Source: Candidatus Velamenicoccus archaeovorus
GTDB taxonomy: Bacteria > Omnitrophota > Gorgyraeia > Velamenicoccales > Velamenicoccaceae
Length of the DNA: 32,000 bases
Direction of reading: 5' to 3'
Assembly (NCBI RefSeq): GCF_004102945.1
Contig: NZ_CP019384.1
Span: forward strand, 1,440,001-1,472,000
Under the pieces are notes generated by a model, which was not told the DNA's origin, searched no databases, and saw only the letters and a list, made by a program, of their open reading frames with translations. Numbering within the stretch: the stretch's first letter is position 1; the number at the start of each line of letters is the position of its first letter. The position numbers and the translations under genes were made by a program. Shown here piece after piece: positions 6,418-14,072 of this stretch.

Positions 6418-6514
6418 GAGAAATTTTCTGACAAAGAAAATTTCGAGGACACTAAAGCGAGTGTAGGCGCATAAGCGCCACGACCTGACAAGGGTCGTAA
6501 CGAGCGTAGTGTCT
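6414..6514 (+). repeat. Structured repeat B3 (101 nt), paralog of 4406-4506
   Basis: It differs from A3 at 3 positions. One of these (C to T in CGACCC) keeps pairing as a G-U wobble only if the plus strand is the RNA. A degenerate extra copy of the AT hairpin lies at 6561-6582. Confidence 0.75.
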
Positions 6515-6588
6515 TTTTTGCTATTTTATAGCGTCCCGACGCACATCAAGGCGACTTTTAGAAAAATTTTCCGACAAAGAAACTGCGG

Positions 6589-7206
6589 CTATCGGACGGC
6601 CCGCACCTCAAACAGCTGCTTGAACGACGCCGTATAGATCGCCCCGGCCTTCTGTCCCGCAGACTTCATGAAATCCGTGAAATAAAAATCGGCCGTCAAC
6701 AGATTGAAGGCGGCGCCGACGATCATGATGTTGATGATGTAAATGGCGAATATCGCAAAAAAATAATTCTCCTTGAGCCAGCCGGCCTGTTTGCCTTTGA
6801 GGGCATTGGCCGTCATGACCAAGTGCATCGTCAGCGCAAAAGCGGCGACAAAGACGAAGCACCCGAAATATTCTTCGAGCTGCGGCCAAACCTTGCGCGC
6901 CGTCATATAGATGACGAAAGTCAGGATGGTGAAGATCGGGATACAGAAACCCGCCACTTTGAAAAAAGGCGCCACAAAGCCGATGGCCGTCTCCGCCATT
7001 TTCTTTCCCGTATCGAAAACCTGGGCCGGCTGATAGAGAAGAATGTGCAAGACGAGATACATGACGACGCCCCATCCAAATGTCGACGGGATGGGCGCCG
7101 GCGTCAGGCTCAAGGCGTTCCAGAAAGCGGCCGTGATGCCGATCACGAAAGGCAGCAACAAAATCGCCAAGAGCAATTTTAAGACAGCTAATATTTTTTC
7201 TTTCAT
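6589..7206 (-). CDS. Hypothetical integral membrane protein (about 5-6 TM segments)
   Basis: ORF 6589..7233 has hydrophobic segments throughout. ATG at 7204-7206 (MKEKILAVL) is preceded by AAAGGAAAG. I recognise no family. Confidence 0.6.
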   Translation of the reverse strand: MKEKILAVLKLLLAILLLPFVIGITAAFWNALSLTPAPIPSTFGWGVVMYLVLHILLYQPAQVFDTGKKMAETAIGFVAPFFKVAGFCIPIFTILTFVIYMTARKVWPQLEEYFGCFVFVAAFALTMHLVMTANALKGKQAGWLKENYFFAIFAIYIINIMIVGAAFNLLTADFYFTDFMKSAGQKAGAIYTASFKQLFEVRAVR

Positions 7207-7387
7207 TTTCTTTCCTTTATCATGCTGTGGCAACGTTTCTGGGTAACGGTCACGTAGCCCGCTTGCTTACCGCCAGGCAGATTCCATTGTTCGGCGACGT
7301 CTTCCGTTTTAAACCATAACCGAACGACCTTGCCTTAACGGGCAACCTTGCCGTAGCCGTTGCCGAAATCACGGCTGCTAAAGCCGG

Positions 7388-8659
7388 CTATCGTTCAATC
7401 CTCTCCAGGCCTCCCATATACGGACGCAACGCGTCGGGAATCACGATGCTGCCGTCCTTCTGCTGGTGGTTTTCAATGATCGCGATGACGGTCCTGGCCA
7501 TGGCCACGCCGGAACCATTAAGCGTATGGAGATACTCAAGCTTCTTGGTCTCTTTGTTCCTGAAACGGATATTGGCGCGCCGGGCCTGAAAGTCGCAGAA
7601 ATTCGAACAGCTCGACACCTCCAGCCACTTGTCCAGGCCGGGGGCATAGGCCTCCAGGTCATAGCACTTGGTCGCGGCAAAGCTGATGTCGCCCGACGCC
7701 AGCAAAACGACGCGATACGGCAGCCCCAGCGCCTGCAGGACGGTCTCGGCATTGCCGACGAGCTTTTCCAGCTCGTCGAAAGAATCCTGCGGCCTGACGA
7801 ATTTCACCAGTTCGACCTTGTCGAACTGGTGCACGCGCACGAGGCCTTTTGTATCCTTGCCGTAGGAACCCGCCTCCCTGCGGAAACATGGCGTATAGGC
7901 GGTGTAATACACGGGCAGAGCACTCTCCTCGAGGACCTCGTCACGGTGAATGTTGGTGACGGGGACTTCAGCCGTCGGGATAAGAAAAAGATCGTCATCC
8001 TTAAGGCGGTACATGTCCTCCTCAAGCTTGGGCAGCTGCCCCGTCCCCGTCATGCTGGCGCGGTTGACCAGCGCCGGCGGCCACATCTCCCTGTAGCCGT
8101 GTTTCGACGTATGCAGGTCAAGCATAAAATTGATCAGCGCCCTCTCCAGCTTCGCCCCCAACCCCTTAAAAAGGACGAAGTTCGACCCCGAAAGTTTGGC
8201 TCCCCGGGCAAAATCCACAATATCCAGATACTCGCAGAGCTCCGTATGAGAGCGCGGTTTAAAATCAAAGGTCTTCGGCTGACCCCATTGCCGGACGATC
8301 TGGTTGTGCGAAGGATCACCTGCAGGGACCGATGTATGGACGATATTGGGGATGACCAAAAGCAGTTTCTCCAGGGACTCTTCCGTCTGACGCAGGCCCG
8401 CCTCGCAGGCATCGATACGGCCGGCAACGTCTTTCATCGTGGCGATCGTCGGTTTAGGGTCCTTCCTTTCCTTGAGGAGCCTGGTGATGGCGTCGTTGGC
8501 TTCATTCTTCTGGCGACGCAGGTCGTCGAGCTCGGTCAGGATGCGGCGACGCTCTTCATCGAGCTTCAAAAGTTCGTCCAAGCTCAATTTCGAGCCGCGC
8601 TTTTCCAGCGATGCCCTGACAAGGTCCGCGTTATCCCGGATAAAACGGATATCTAACAT
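7388..8659 (-). CDS. serS: Seryl-tRNA synthetase
   Basis: 423 aa. It has an N-terminal coiled-coil arm (MLDIRFIRDN...), class II motifs (FRREAGS..GKDTKGLVRVHQFDKVE; GSGVAMARTVIAIIENHQ) and the RBS AGGAGAA. Confidence 0.97.
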   Translation of the reverse strand: MLDIRFIRDNADLVRASLEKRGSKLSLDELLKLDEERRRILTELDDLRRQKNEANDAITRLLKERKDPKPTIATMKDVAGRIDACEAGLRQTEESLEKLLLVIPNIVHTSVPAGDPSHNQIVRQWGQPKTFDFKPRSHTELCEYLDIVDFARGAKLSGSNFVLFKGLGAKLERALINFMLDLHTSKHGYREMWPPALVNRASMTGTGQLPKLEEDMYRLKDDDLFLIPTAEVPVTNIHRDEVLEESALPVYYTAYTPCFRREAGSYGKDTKGLVRVHQFDKVELVKFVRPQDSFDELEKLVGNAETVLQALGLPYRVVLLASGDISFAATKCYDLEAYAPGLDKWLEVSSCSNFCDFQARRANIRFRNKETKKLEYLHTLNGSGVAMARTVIAIIENHQQKDGSIVIPDALRPYMGGLERIER

Positions 8660-9220
8660 TTATTCTCCTGTGGCTTTGAACTTCTTCAAGGCGTCCTGGA
8701 TGATGGAGGCCGGCTTGTCGGCATCGAGGAGACCGCAGAAGACGATTTCGGCTTTCTCGAAGCCCGGGACACCCACACTCCCGGTGCCCGGCGTAAAAAC
8801 CTTCAGGCTCCAGATCCCCAGCCCCTGTTCGATGATGTTCTGATTGACCTCAACATCCGTGATCTTATGAAACGGCACGCTGCGGCGCCGGCGCACAAAG
8901 ATCCCGCCCTCAAAAACGCACCGCTGATTCGTCACGGTGTAATGGAACGTCTCAAGAAGATGACGGTAATAAAACAAAGCACAGGCCAAAACGACCGGCG
9001 CCGAGAAAATGAGGAGAGACGGAACAAGGATAAAGACCGGCTCTTTCATGTGGTGCGCAGCGGCATAGATCACGCAGGCGATGACGGACAGATAAGCCAA
9101 GATGCCGCAGATAACCAAAGACATAAGGATCACCCGCGTCAGGAGCCACATCACATAGATCCTTTTCTCGGGCCTCCCTTCCCATAAAACTTGTTCGCCT
9201 TCCTGCAGCGCAAAAGCCAT
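8660..9220 (-). CDS. Membrane protein with bacterial PH domain (bPH_2 / YdbS-YdbT-like)
   Basis: Two N-terminal TM helices are followed by HYTVTNQRCVFEGGIFVRRRRSVPFHKITDVEV, typical of bPH_2. RBS is AAGGAGGAG. Its stop abuts the serS start codon. Confidence 0.7.
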   Translation of the reverse strand: MAFALQEGEQVLWEGRPEKRIYVMWLLTRVILMSLVICGILAYLSVIACVIYAAAHHMKEPVFILVPSLLIFSAPVVLACALFYYRHLLETFHYTVTNQRCVFEGGIFVRRRRSVPFHKITDVEVNQNIIEQGLGIWSLKVFTPGTGSVGVPGFEKAEIVFCGLLDADKPASIIQDALKKFKATGE

Positions 9221-9280
9221 GTCTCCTCCTTACCCCTTAACAACCCCCAAAGGCCGCCCTTCGCTACGCTCAGGACTCCC

Positions 9281-10741
9281 CTAACCTTTAACAACTCCCA
9301 ATGGTCGCATCCGGCAGACGCGCCTGGCAATGCCGGCGTTGTGCACAACGCCGACGACGTCATTGACATCTTTGTACGCACTAGGGGCCTCTTCCACGAC
9401 CGTCCCGTGCCCCGACGCCATGACCACGATACCCTTGGCCTCAAGTTCCTTCATCAATGCGTGAAAATCCACAACCCTCTTGGCCTCGTGTCTGGACCTG
9501 AGGCGGCCGGCACCATGGCAGGTCGAGCCGAACGTCTCGTCCATCGCGGCCTGTGTCCCGACGAGCAAATAAGAATTGCGCCCCATGTCGCCGGGGATGA
9601 TCACCGGCTGGCCGATTCGCTTGTATCTCTCGGGGACAGCCGGATGTCCTGGCCCGAAGGCGCGGGTCGCTCCTTTACGGTGCACGCACAGCGTGCGTTC
9701 CTCGCCCTTGACGCGGTGCGTCTCGATCTTGGCGATGTTGTGCGCCACGTCATAGACGAGGCGCATCCCAAGCTTCTGCCACGATGAAACAAAAACCTTC
9801 TCAAAAACCTGACGCGCCAGATGCATCAGGCATTGGCGGTTGTTCCAGGCATAATTCGCCGCCGCGCGCATCGCCGCCAGGTAATCCTTCCCCTCGGGCG
9901 ACTCCACGGGCGCGCACGCCAACTGCCTGTCGGGCACATGAATATGGTACTTCTCCAGACAGGTGTTCATCGTTTTCAAAGAATCATCGCAGACCTGATA
10001 TCCCAACCCCCGGGAACCGGAGTGGATCATCACCATGACCTGGCCTTCAACCAGGCCCAAGGCATCCGCTGCATCCCTGTCGTAAAGCTGGTCGATGGCC
10101 TGGACTTCCAAAAAATGGTTGCCCGAACCCAGGGTGCCTGATTGCTGCTTGCCGCGCGCATACGCCCGGTCGGAGACCTTCTCGGGGTCCGCGCCGGCCA
10201 TCGCTCCGCGCTCTTCGGTGGCCTCCAAGTCGTCTTCGGTGCCGTAACCCTTGGCGACAGCCCATCCTGCGCCCTTGACAAGGATCTCTTTTTCTTCCCT
10301 GGCGGTCACGCGGATATCTCCTTCGGACCCGACGCCTGAAGGCACCGCATGGAACAGACCGGCGACCAATTCCTTGAGATGCGGCCTGACGTCTTTCTCA
10401 AAAAGATCAGTCCTTACCAACCGCACCCCGCAGTTGATATCATAGCCGACGCCGCCCGGGGACACCACGCCCCCTTTTTCGATATCCATGGCCGCGACGC
10501 CGCCGATGGCAAACCCGTAACCCCAATGGATGTCCGGCATCCCGAAAGACGCCTTGACGATCCCGGGCAAAAAGGAAACATTCGCCACCTGCTCGGCGGC
10601 CTTGTCGTGGCGGATGTCCTTCAACAGTTTCTCATCCGCATAGATGATGCCGTCGACGCGCATGCCGGCTTTATAGGTCCTGGGGATCCGCCAGCGGTAA
10701 TCGTCAATCTTCTCTAAAGGGCCGTCCCAGATTTGAGACAT
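9281..10741 (-). CDS. rtcB: RNA 3'-phosphate/2',3'-cyclic phosphate ligase RtcB
   Basis: 486 aa with RtcB hallmarks: GYDINCGVR, GSGNHFLEVQ, IHSGSRGLG, CHGAGR, and HRPLGVVKG-like C-terminal sequence. Confidence 0.95.
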   Translation of the reverse strand: MSQIWDGPLEKIDDYRWRIPRTYKAGMRVDGIIYADEKLLKDIRHDKAAEQVANVSFLPGIVKASFGMPDIHWGYGFAIGGVAAMDIEKGGVVSPGGVGYDINCGVRLVRTDLFEKDVRPHLKELVAGLFHAVPSGVGSEGDIRVTAREEKEILVKGAGWAVAKGYGTEDDLEATEERGAMAGADPEKVSDRAYARGKQQSGTLGSGNHFLEVQAIDQLYDRDAADALGLVEGQVMVMIHSGSRGLGYQVCDDSLKTMNTCLEKYHIHVPDRQLACAPVESPEGKDYLAAMRAAANYAWNNRQCLMHLARQVFEKVFVSSWQKLGMRLVYDVAHNIAKIETHRVKGEERTLCVHRKGATRAFGPGHPAVPERYKRIGQPVIIPGDMGRNSYLLVGTQAAMDETFGSTCHGAGRLRSRHEAKRVVDFHALMKELEAKGIVVMASGHGTVVEEAPSAYKDVNDVVGVVHNAGIARRVCRMRPLGVVKG

Positions 10742-10755
10742 AAAACAGGGCTCCG

Positions 10756-11181
10756 TTACACGTCGAAGATCACATGGGCCTGCCAGCGGTTCCGCACCTT
10801 CTTGATTTCCAGCTCATGGTAGGTGACGGCCTTGATCTCGTCTTTGACGGTATAATGTTCCCTGTCAAAAGCGTCGAACAAGACAAAGGCCTTCATCTCC
10901 CTGTCGCCCAGCTCAATAGACTTGATACGGACCAGGACCAGATGCTCGACGCTATAGCAGAAAAGGAGCTCGTCCATCCAGGCCTTCAGCAGGTCCTCGG
11001 GCGCCTCCCCGCAGACGGAGATCTCTTTTTCCGTCAATGCCGCCCCCGGCCTGTTTTTGGTCTTCTCCAGAAGAACCGCAAACATCGCCCAGGCCGCCGA
11101 TTCAAAAAGGTCTTTCAAAGACCGGCCGAAAAGACGTACGGCAACATCTGCCGTATGCTTTAAAAATTCATATCTTTTCAT
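10756..11181 (-). CDS. Archease (RtcB activator)
   Basis: 141 aa. The N-terminal YEFLKHTADVAVRLFG and C-terminal KAVTYHELEIKK motifs are typical of archease. It lies 14 nt upstream of rtcB. Confidence 0.9.
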   Translation of the reverse strand: MKRYEFLKHTADVAVRLFGRSLKDLFESAAWAMFAVLLEKTKNRPGAALTEKEISVCGEAPEDLLKAWMDELLFCYSVEHLVLVRIKSIELGDREMKAFVLFDAFDREHYTVKDEIKAVTYHELEIKKVRNRWQAHVIFDV

Positions 11182-11523
11182 AGGAATGCGATCGCACAGA
11201 TTTGAAACAAGATTACACAGACAAAAAACAAAACTTAATCAATGATAAAAACCTTAAACTTCTTTTTCGAAGGCATTGCAGTATCTACTCTTGCATGAAT
11301 CTATGTGATCTCTCGATTTTTAATCTGTGCTATCGGAGACTGTCACAAAAGCGACGGTTTCATCTTATCAATAAAACAAAGAGGCGTCAATCCCGTTAGA
11401 GACAAAACGCGGGGAATTTATCTTCAAAGCCGCAGCCAAAAGATACGATATCGTTTTGTGCCGTGATTGACGGAAACGCTTTTTATTGAGAGCGCTCGCG
11501 AGTATCTCCCGGCCCTAACGGGA

Positions 11524-12192
11524 TCAATCCTCTCCGTCGGCCTCGAAATCAAGGTGCCTGCGTAAATCGCGATAGGACGAAAAGATGAAATCCGCGTCCT
11601 TGAGATAGGCGCGGGAAAGGGAAGTCTCGAGTGCAATGCACGCCAGGCGGGCTTTCTTTGCGGAACGGATGCCGAACGGTGCGTTCTCGATGACGATCGC
11701 ATCTTGAGGCCGGATGTTCAATTTCTTGAGGGCCCGCAAATAGGGTTCTGGGTGCGGCTTGCCATGCCTCACTTCATCCCCCGTCACGGAAACGGCAAAC
11801 CTTTTCAAAAAATTCTTCGGGAGGATCTCTTCGGCTTCGTGCCGCGCCGTCCCTGTCACGAGGGCGGCGGCGACACCCCGGTGATGCAGATGGCGCAGGA
11901 AATCTTTCACGCCGCGGATAAAACGTTTATGGACGATCTTTTTGAAAAGCCTCTCTTTCTCGGAAAGGATCCGCCTCGCCTTGGCCTCATCAAAAGGGAT
12001 CCCGCGCTCACCGAGGATTTCCTTGATCGTCCTGTATCCAGGCTGCCCTTCCCGCCGGTATATCTCTTCCCGGCTCACCTTAAACCCCTGCGCCGCATAG
12101 ATCCTGCGCCAGGCGCGGAAGTGATAAAGCATGGTATCCGTAATAACGCCATCCATATCGAAGATGACTGTTTTAACTTTAATCGTTTTCAT
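11524..12192 (-). CDS. HAD-IA family hydrolase (beta-phosphoglucomutase/phosphatase-like)
   Basis: Motif I VIFDMDGVITDT, motif II LVTGT, and C-terminal IVIENAPFGIRSAKKA. Confidence 0.85.
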   Translation of the reverse strand: MKTIKVKTVIFDMDGVITDTMLYHFRAWRRIYAAQGFKVSREEIYRREGQPGYRTIKEILGERGIPFDEAKARRILSEKERLFKKIVHKRFIRGVKDFLRHLHHRGVAAALVTGTARHEAEEILPKNFLKRFAVSVTGDEVRHGKPHPEPYLRALKKLNIRPQDAIVIENAPFGIRSAKKARLACIALETSLSRAYLKDADFIFSSYRDLRRHLDFEADGED

Positions 12193-12239
12193 GGGGCGAG
12201 ACGGCTGATGCGCGTTTTTCCGGCGAGGGCCCGGGACGC

Positions 12240-12878
12240 TTAATGCCTGGGGCGCTTGCTTTTTTCCTGCCTTTGCGGTTTCTTGGGAACCGGTGCGATA
12301 TCGGCAAGGGTCATCGTTCCGGCGCCGGCGGCCAGCATCTGGCGGACCGCCTCCACCGAATCCCGAGGCTTCAGATTCACTCCTTTCGTCGCATCCAGAA
12401 GGACATAAACCTTATAACCGTATTTCAAGGCATCCAGCACGGAATACTTGACGCAATAATCCGTTGCCAGGCCGCCGATATAAAGCTCTGTCACGCCGAA
12501 TATCTGCAAGAGATGATGCAATCCCTTATGGTTATTGTCGTAAGCATGGAATGCGGAGTAGCTGTCTTCCTCCGGACCCATCCCCTTCGAGAGGACGATC
12601 GCCTCCTTCGGCAGTCTCAACTTGGGATGAAAAGCGGCGCCTTTTGTATCATGGACACAGTGCCGGGGCCAGACGCCGCCGTATGCCTTGAAATGTTTTG
12701 TTCTTCGCGGATGCCAGTCGCGCGTGATAAAGACGGGCAGCTGACGCTGCGCAAAACGCCTGACATAGGCATTGACGGCAGGGATGATCTTGTCTCCGTC
12801 CTTGATCCCCAGGGCCCCGCCGGGGCAAAAGTCGATCTGCGGATCCGCGATCAAAAGGGCCTTTTTAAGCTTTAACAT
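12240..12878 (-). CDS. pncA: Nicotinamidase/pyrazinamidase (isochorismatase family)
   Basis: ALLIADPQIDFCPGGALG, TRDWHP and WPRHCV, plus a catalytic Cys context (GLATDYCV). It has a basic C-terminal tail. ATG 12876-12878 preceded by AAGGAAGAG is preferred over GTG 12884. Confidence 0.85.
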   Translation of the reverse strand: MLKLKKALLIADPQIDFCPGGALGIKDGDKIIPAVNAYVRRFAQRQLPVFITRDWHPRRTKHFKAYGGVWPRHCVHDTKGAAFHPKLRLPKEAIVLSKGMGPEEDSYSAFHAYDNNHKGLHHLLQIFGVTELYIGGLATDYCVKYSVLDALKYGYKVYVLLDATKGVNLKPRDSVEAVRQMLAAGAGTMTLADIAPVPKKPQRQEKSKRPRH

Positions 12879-13389
12879 TCTCACTCTTCCTTGCCAAGAG
12901 ATACAGAAAATCTGAAAGCCTGTTGAGATAAGCCAGGACGTCCTTGTTGGCGATCTGTCTCTTTCTCAAAAGACTGACGGCCCGGCGTTCCGCGCGGCGC
13001 GCGATCGTGCGCGCCACATCCAGACAGCTGGAGACAAGGCAGGAGCCCGGAATGGAAAAACAGAAATTTTTCCTTTTGGAGCGCGACTCCAGGGTCGCGA
13101 TCTGACGCTCAAGCCGGCCGACATCTTCCTTCTGCACGCGTTTTTTGAGTCTGACAAGGAAACCCGGGGCTGTCGCCGCCTCTGCGGCTATCGTCACGAG
13201 GTCTTTCTGCACGCCCTCGATCCAGGCACGGCCCTGCTTGTCCCTTAACAAGCTTTTGGCGAAGCCCAGAAACGAAGAGAGCTCATCGAGGGCCCCGCAG
13301 AGCTCAACACGCGGGTGGTCTTTGGAGACCATGCCTCCGAAATACAGGGATGTTTTTCCTTTGTCGCCTTTTTTTGTGACGATTCCCAT
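12865..13389 (-). CDS. ATP:cob(I)alamin adenosyltransferase, PduO/MMAB type
   Basis: TKKGDKGKTSL...RVELCGALDELSSFLG and DFLYLLAR motifs. The start is chosen at ATG 13387-13389 (AAGGA 8 nt upstream), and the ORF extends to 13413. It overlaps pncA by 14 nt. Confidence 0.85.
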   Translation of the reverse strand: MGIVTKKGDKGKTSLYFGGMVSKDHPRVELCGALDELSSFLGFAKSLLRDKQGRAWIEGVQKDLVTIAAEAATAPGFLVRLKKRVQKEDVGRLERQIATLESRSKRKNFCFSIPGSCLVSSCLDVARTIARRAERRAVSLLRKRQIANKDVLAYLNRLSDFLYLLARKSENVKA

Positions 13390-13465
13390 AGGCATCATCC
13401 TTACATCTTGCAAATAAATAAGTTAAGCTTCATGCGTAGTGATATTATACACGAAACCCCTCCCC

Positions 13466-13494
13466 TTGAAAACGCTTTCTTTTTATGTTAAATT
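13466..13494 (+). promoter_or_regulatory. Candidate sigma70-type promoter for the PilZ gene
   Basis: TTGAAA (13466-13471), a 17-nt spacer ending in TGT, then TAAATT (13489-13494), about 50 nt upstream of the GTG start. This rests on sequence pattern only. Confidence 0.35.
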
Positions 13495-13546
13495 TTGGGT
13501 AGCCACGGGCCTCTGACACATGCAAGGCGCAAAAAAGGAGGTTATC

Positions 13547-13936
13547 GTGGCTGATTTATTTAACAGAGTCGCAGACATGGAAAATGCCTGGGAGGAACGG
13601 CGCAGATTCCGCAGGCTGAAGGTCAACTGCCCTGTCGAATATAGGTTTTTTAACGGCAATCGCTACAGCCAAAGCATCACCTGCGATATCAGCGAAGGGG
13701 GTGTCAGCTTCCTTGTGGACGGCCCTATCGATATCGGCAGCCACATCTACTTCCACGCAAGGCTCAAAAACAAACCTCAGGAACTCTACGGAATTGCGCG
13801 GGTTCAGTGGTCAGCCCAGGAACCTTATTCGGAAAAATACAAGGTAGGATTGGAATTCGTAGAGACCGGAAGCATCCTGAGGCCGGACATCTCCTCATTT
13901 ATCCAGGAAAACAAACTCCCCTGCTACAGTTCATAG
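13547..13936 (+). CDS. PilZ domain protein (putative c-di-GMP receptor)
   Basis: RRFRRLKV...DISEGGVSF matches the RxxxR / D-x-S-x-x-G PilZ signature. GTG 13547 preceded by AAGGAGG is the likely start, and the ORF track begins at 13520. It is the only plus-strand gene. Confidence 0.8.
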   Translation: MADLFNRVADMENAWEERRRFRRLKVNCPVEYRFFNGNRYSQSITCDISEGGVSFLVDGPIDIGSHIYFHARLKNKPQELYGIARVQWSAQEPYSEKYKVGLEFVETGSILRPDISSFIQENKLPCYSS

Positions 13937-14019
13937 CGGTTCACGGGTAAACGCGTGCATGAGTTAAAAACAGAAATCTTCGGCGTTTTTGGATTTCTCT
14001 TTATTGACTCACCAACCCG

Positions 14020-14058
14020 TTTATCCCGTTAGAGAATAAAATTCTCTAACGGGATAAA
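14020..14058. terminator. 18-bp perfect palindrome between convergent PilZ and gltD genes (conserved palindrome family member 1)
   Basis: TTTATCCCGTTAGAGAAT-AAA-ATTCTCTAACGGGATAAA. The A/T-rich outer stem could provide U-tracts in both directions. Confidence 0.6.
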
Positions 14059-14072
14059 CTCGTCAACTGTTT

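Noticed and set aside
3341-6514. CRISPR array or prophage/integrative island at the tRNA-Ser loci.
   Set aside because: The repeats are inverted pairs, not regularly spaced direct repeats, and no cas genes are present. No integrase, recombinase, transposase or phage gene lies anywhere in the window. The duplicated tRNA segments are 5' halves rather than the 3' halves typical of integrase att sites.
8660-8700. T-box leader for serS.
   Set aside because: serS starts immediately after the stop codon of the upstream bPH2 gene, with its RBS inside that gene. There is no room for a leader.
11202-11399. 65-aa K/R-rich plus-strand ORF in the AT-rich gap upstream of archease.
   Set aside because: It starts at a TTG, has no RBS, and its low-complexity composition simply reflects AT-rich DNA. 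I see no support for coding.
11182-11523. Sigma54 (TGGCAC-N5-TTGC) promoter or RtcR-type control upstream of archease-rtcB.
   Set aside because: I found no GG-N10-GC element with correct spacing on the minus strand. The only GGCA...TTGCA strings are on the wrong strand and are wrongly spaced. No rtcR-like gene is present.
14020-14058. Integron attC sites, because of GTTAGAG...CTCTAAC cores.
   Set aside because: attC sites are ordered RYYYAAC...GTTRRRY. Here the order is GTT...AAC on both strands, the first base of the core does not fit, and there is no intI or cassette array.
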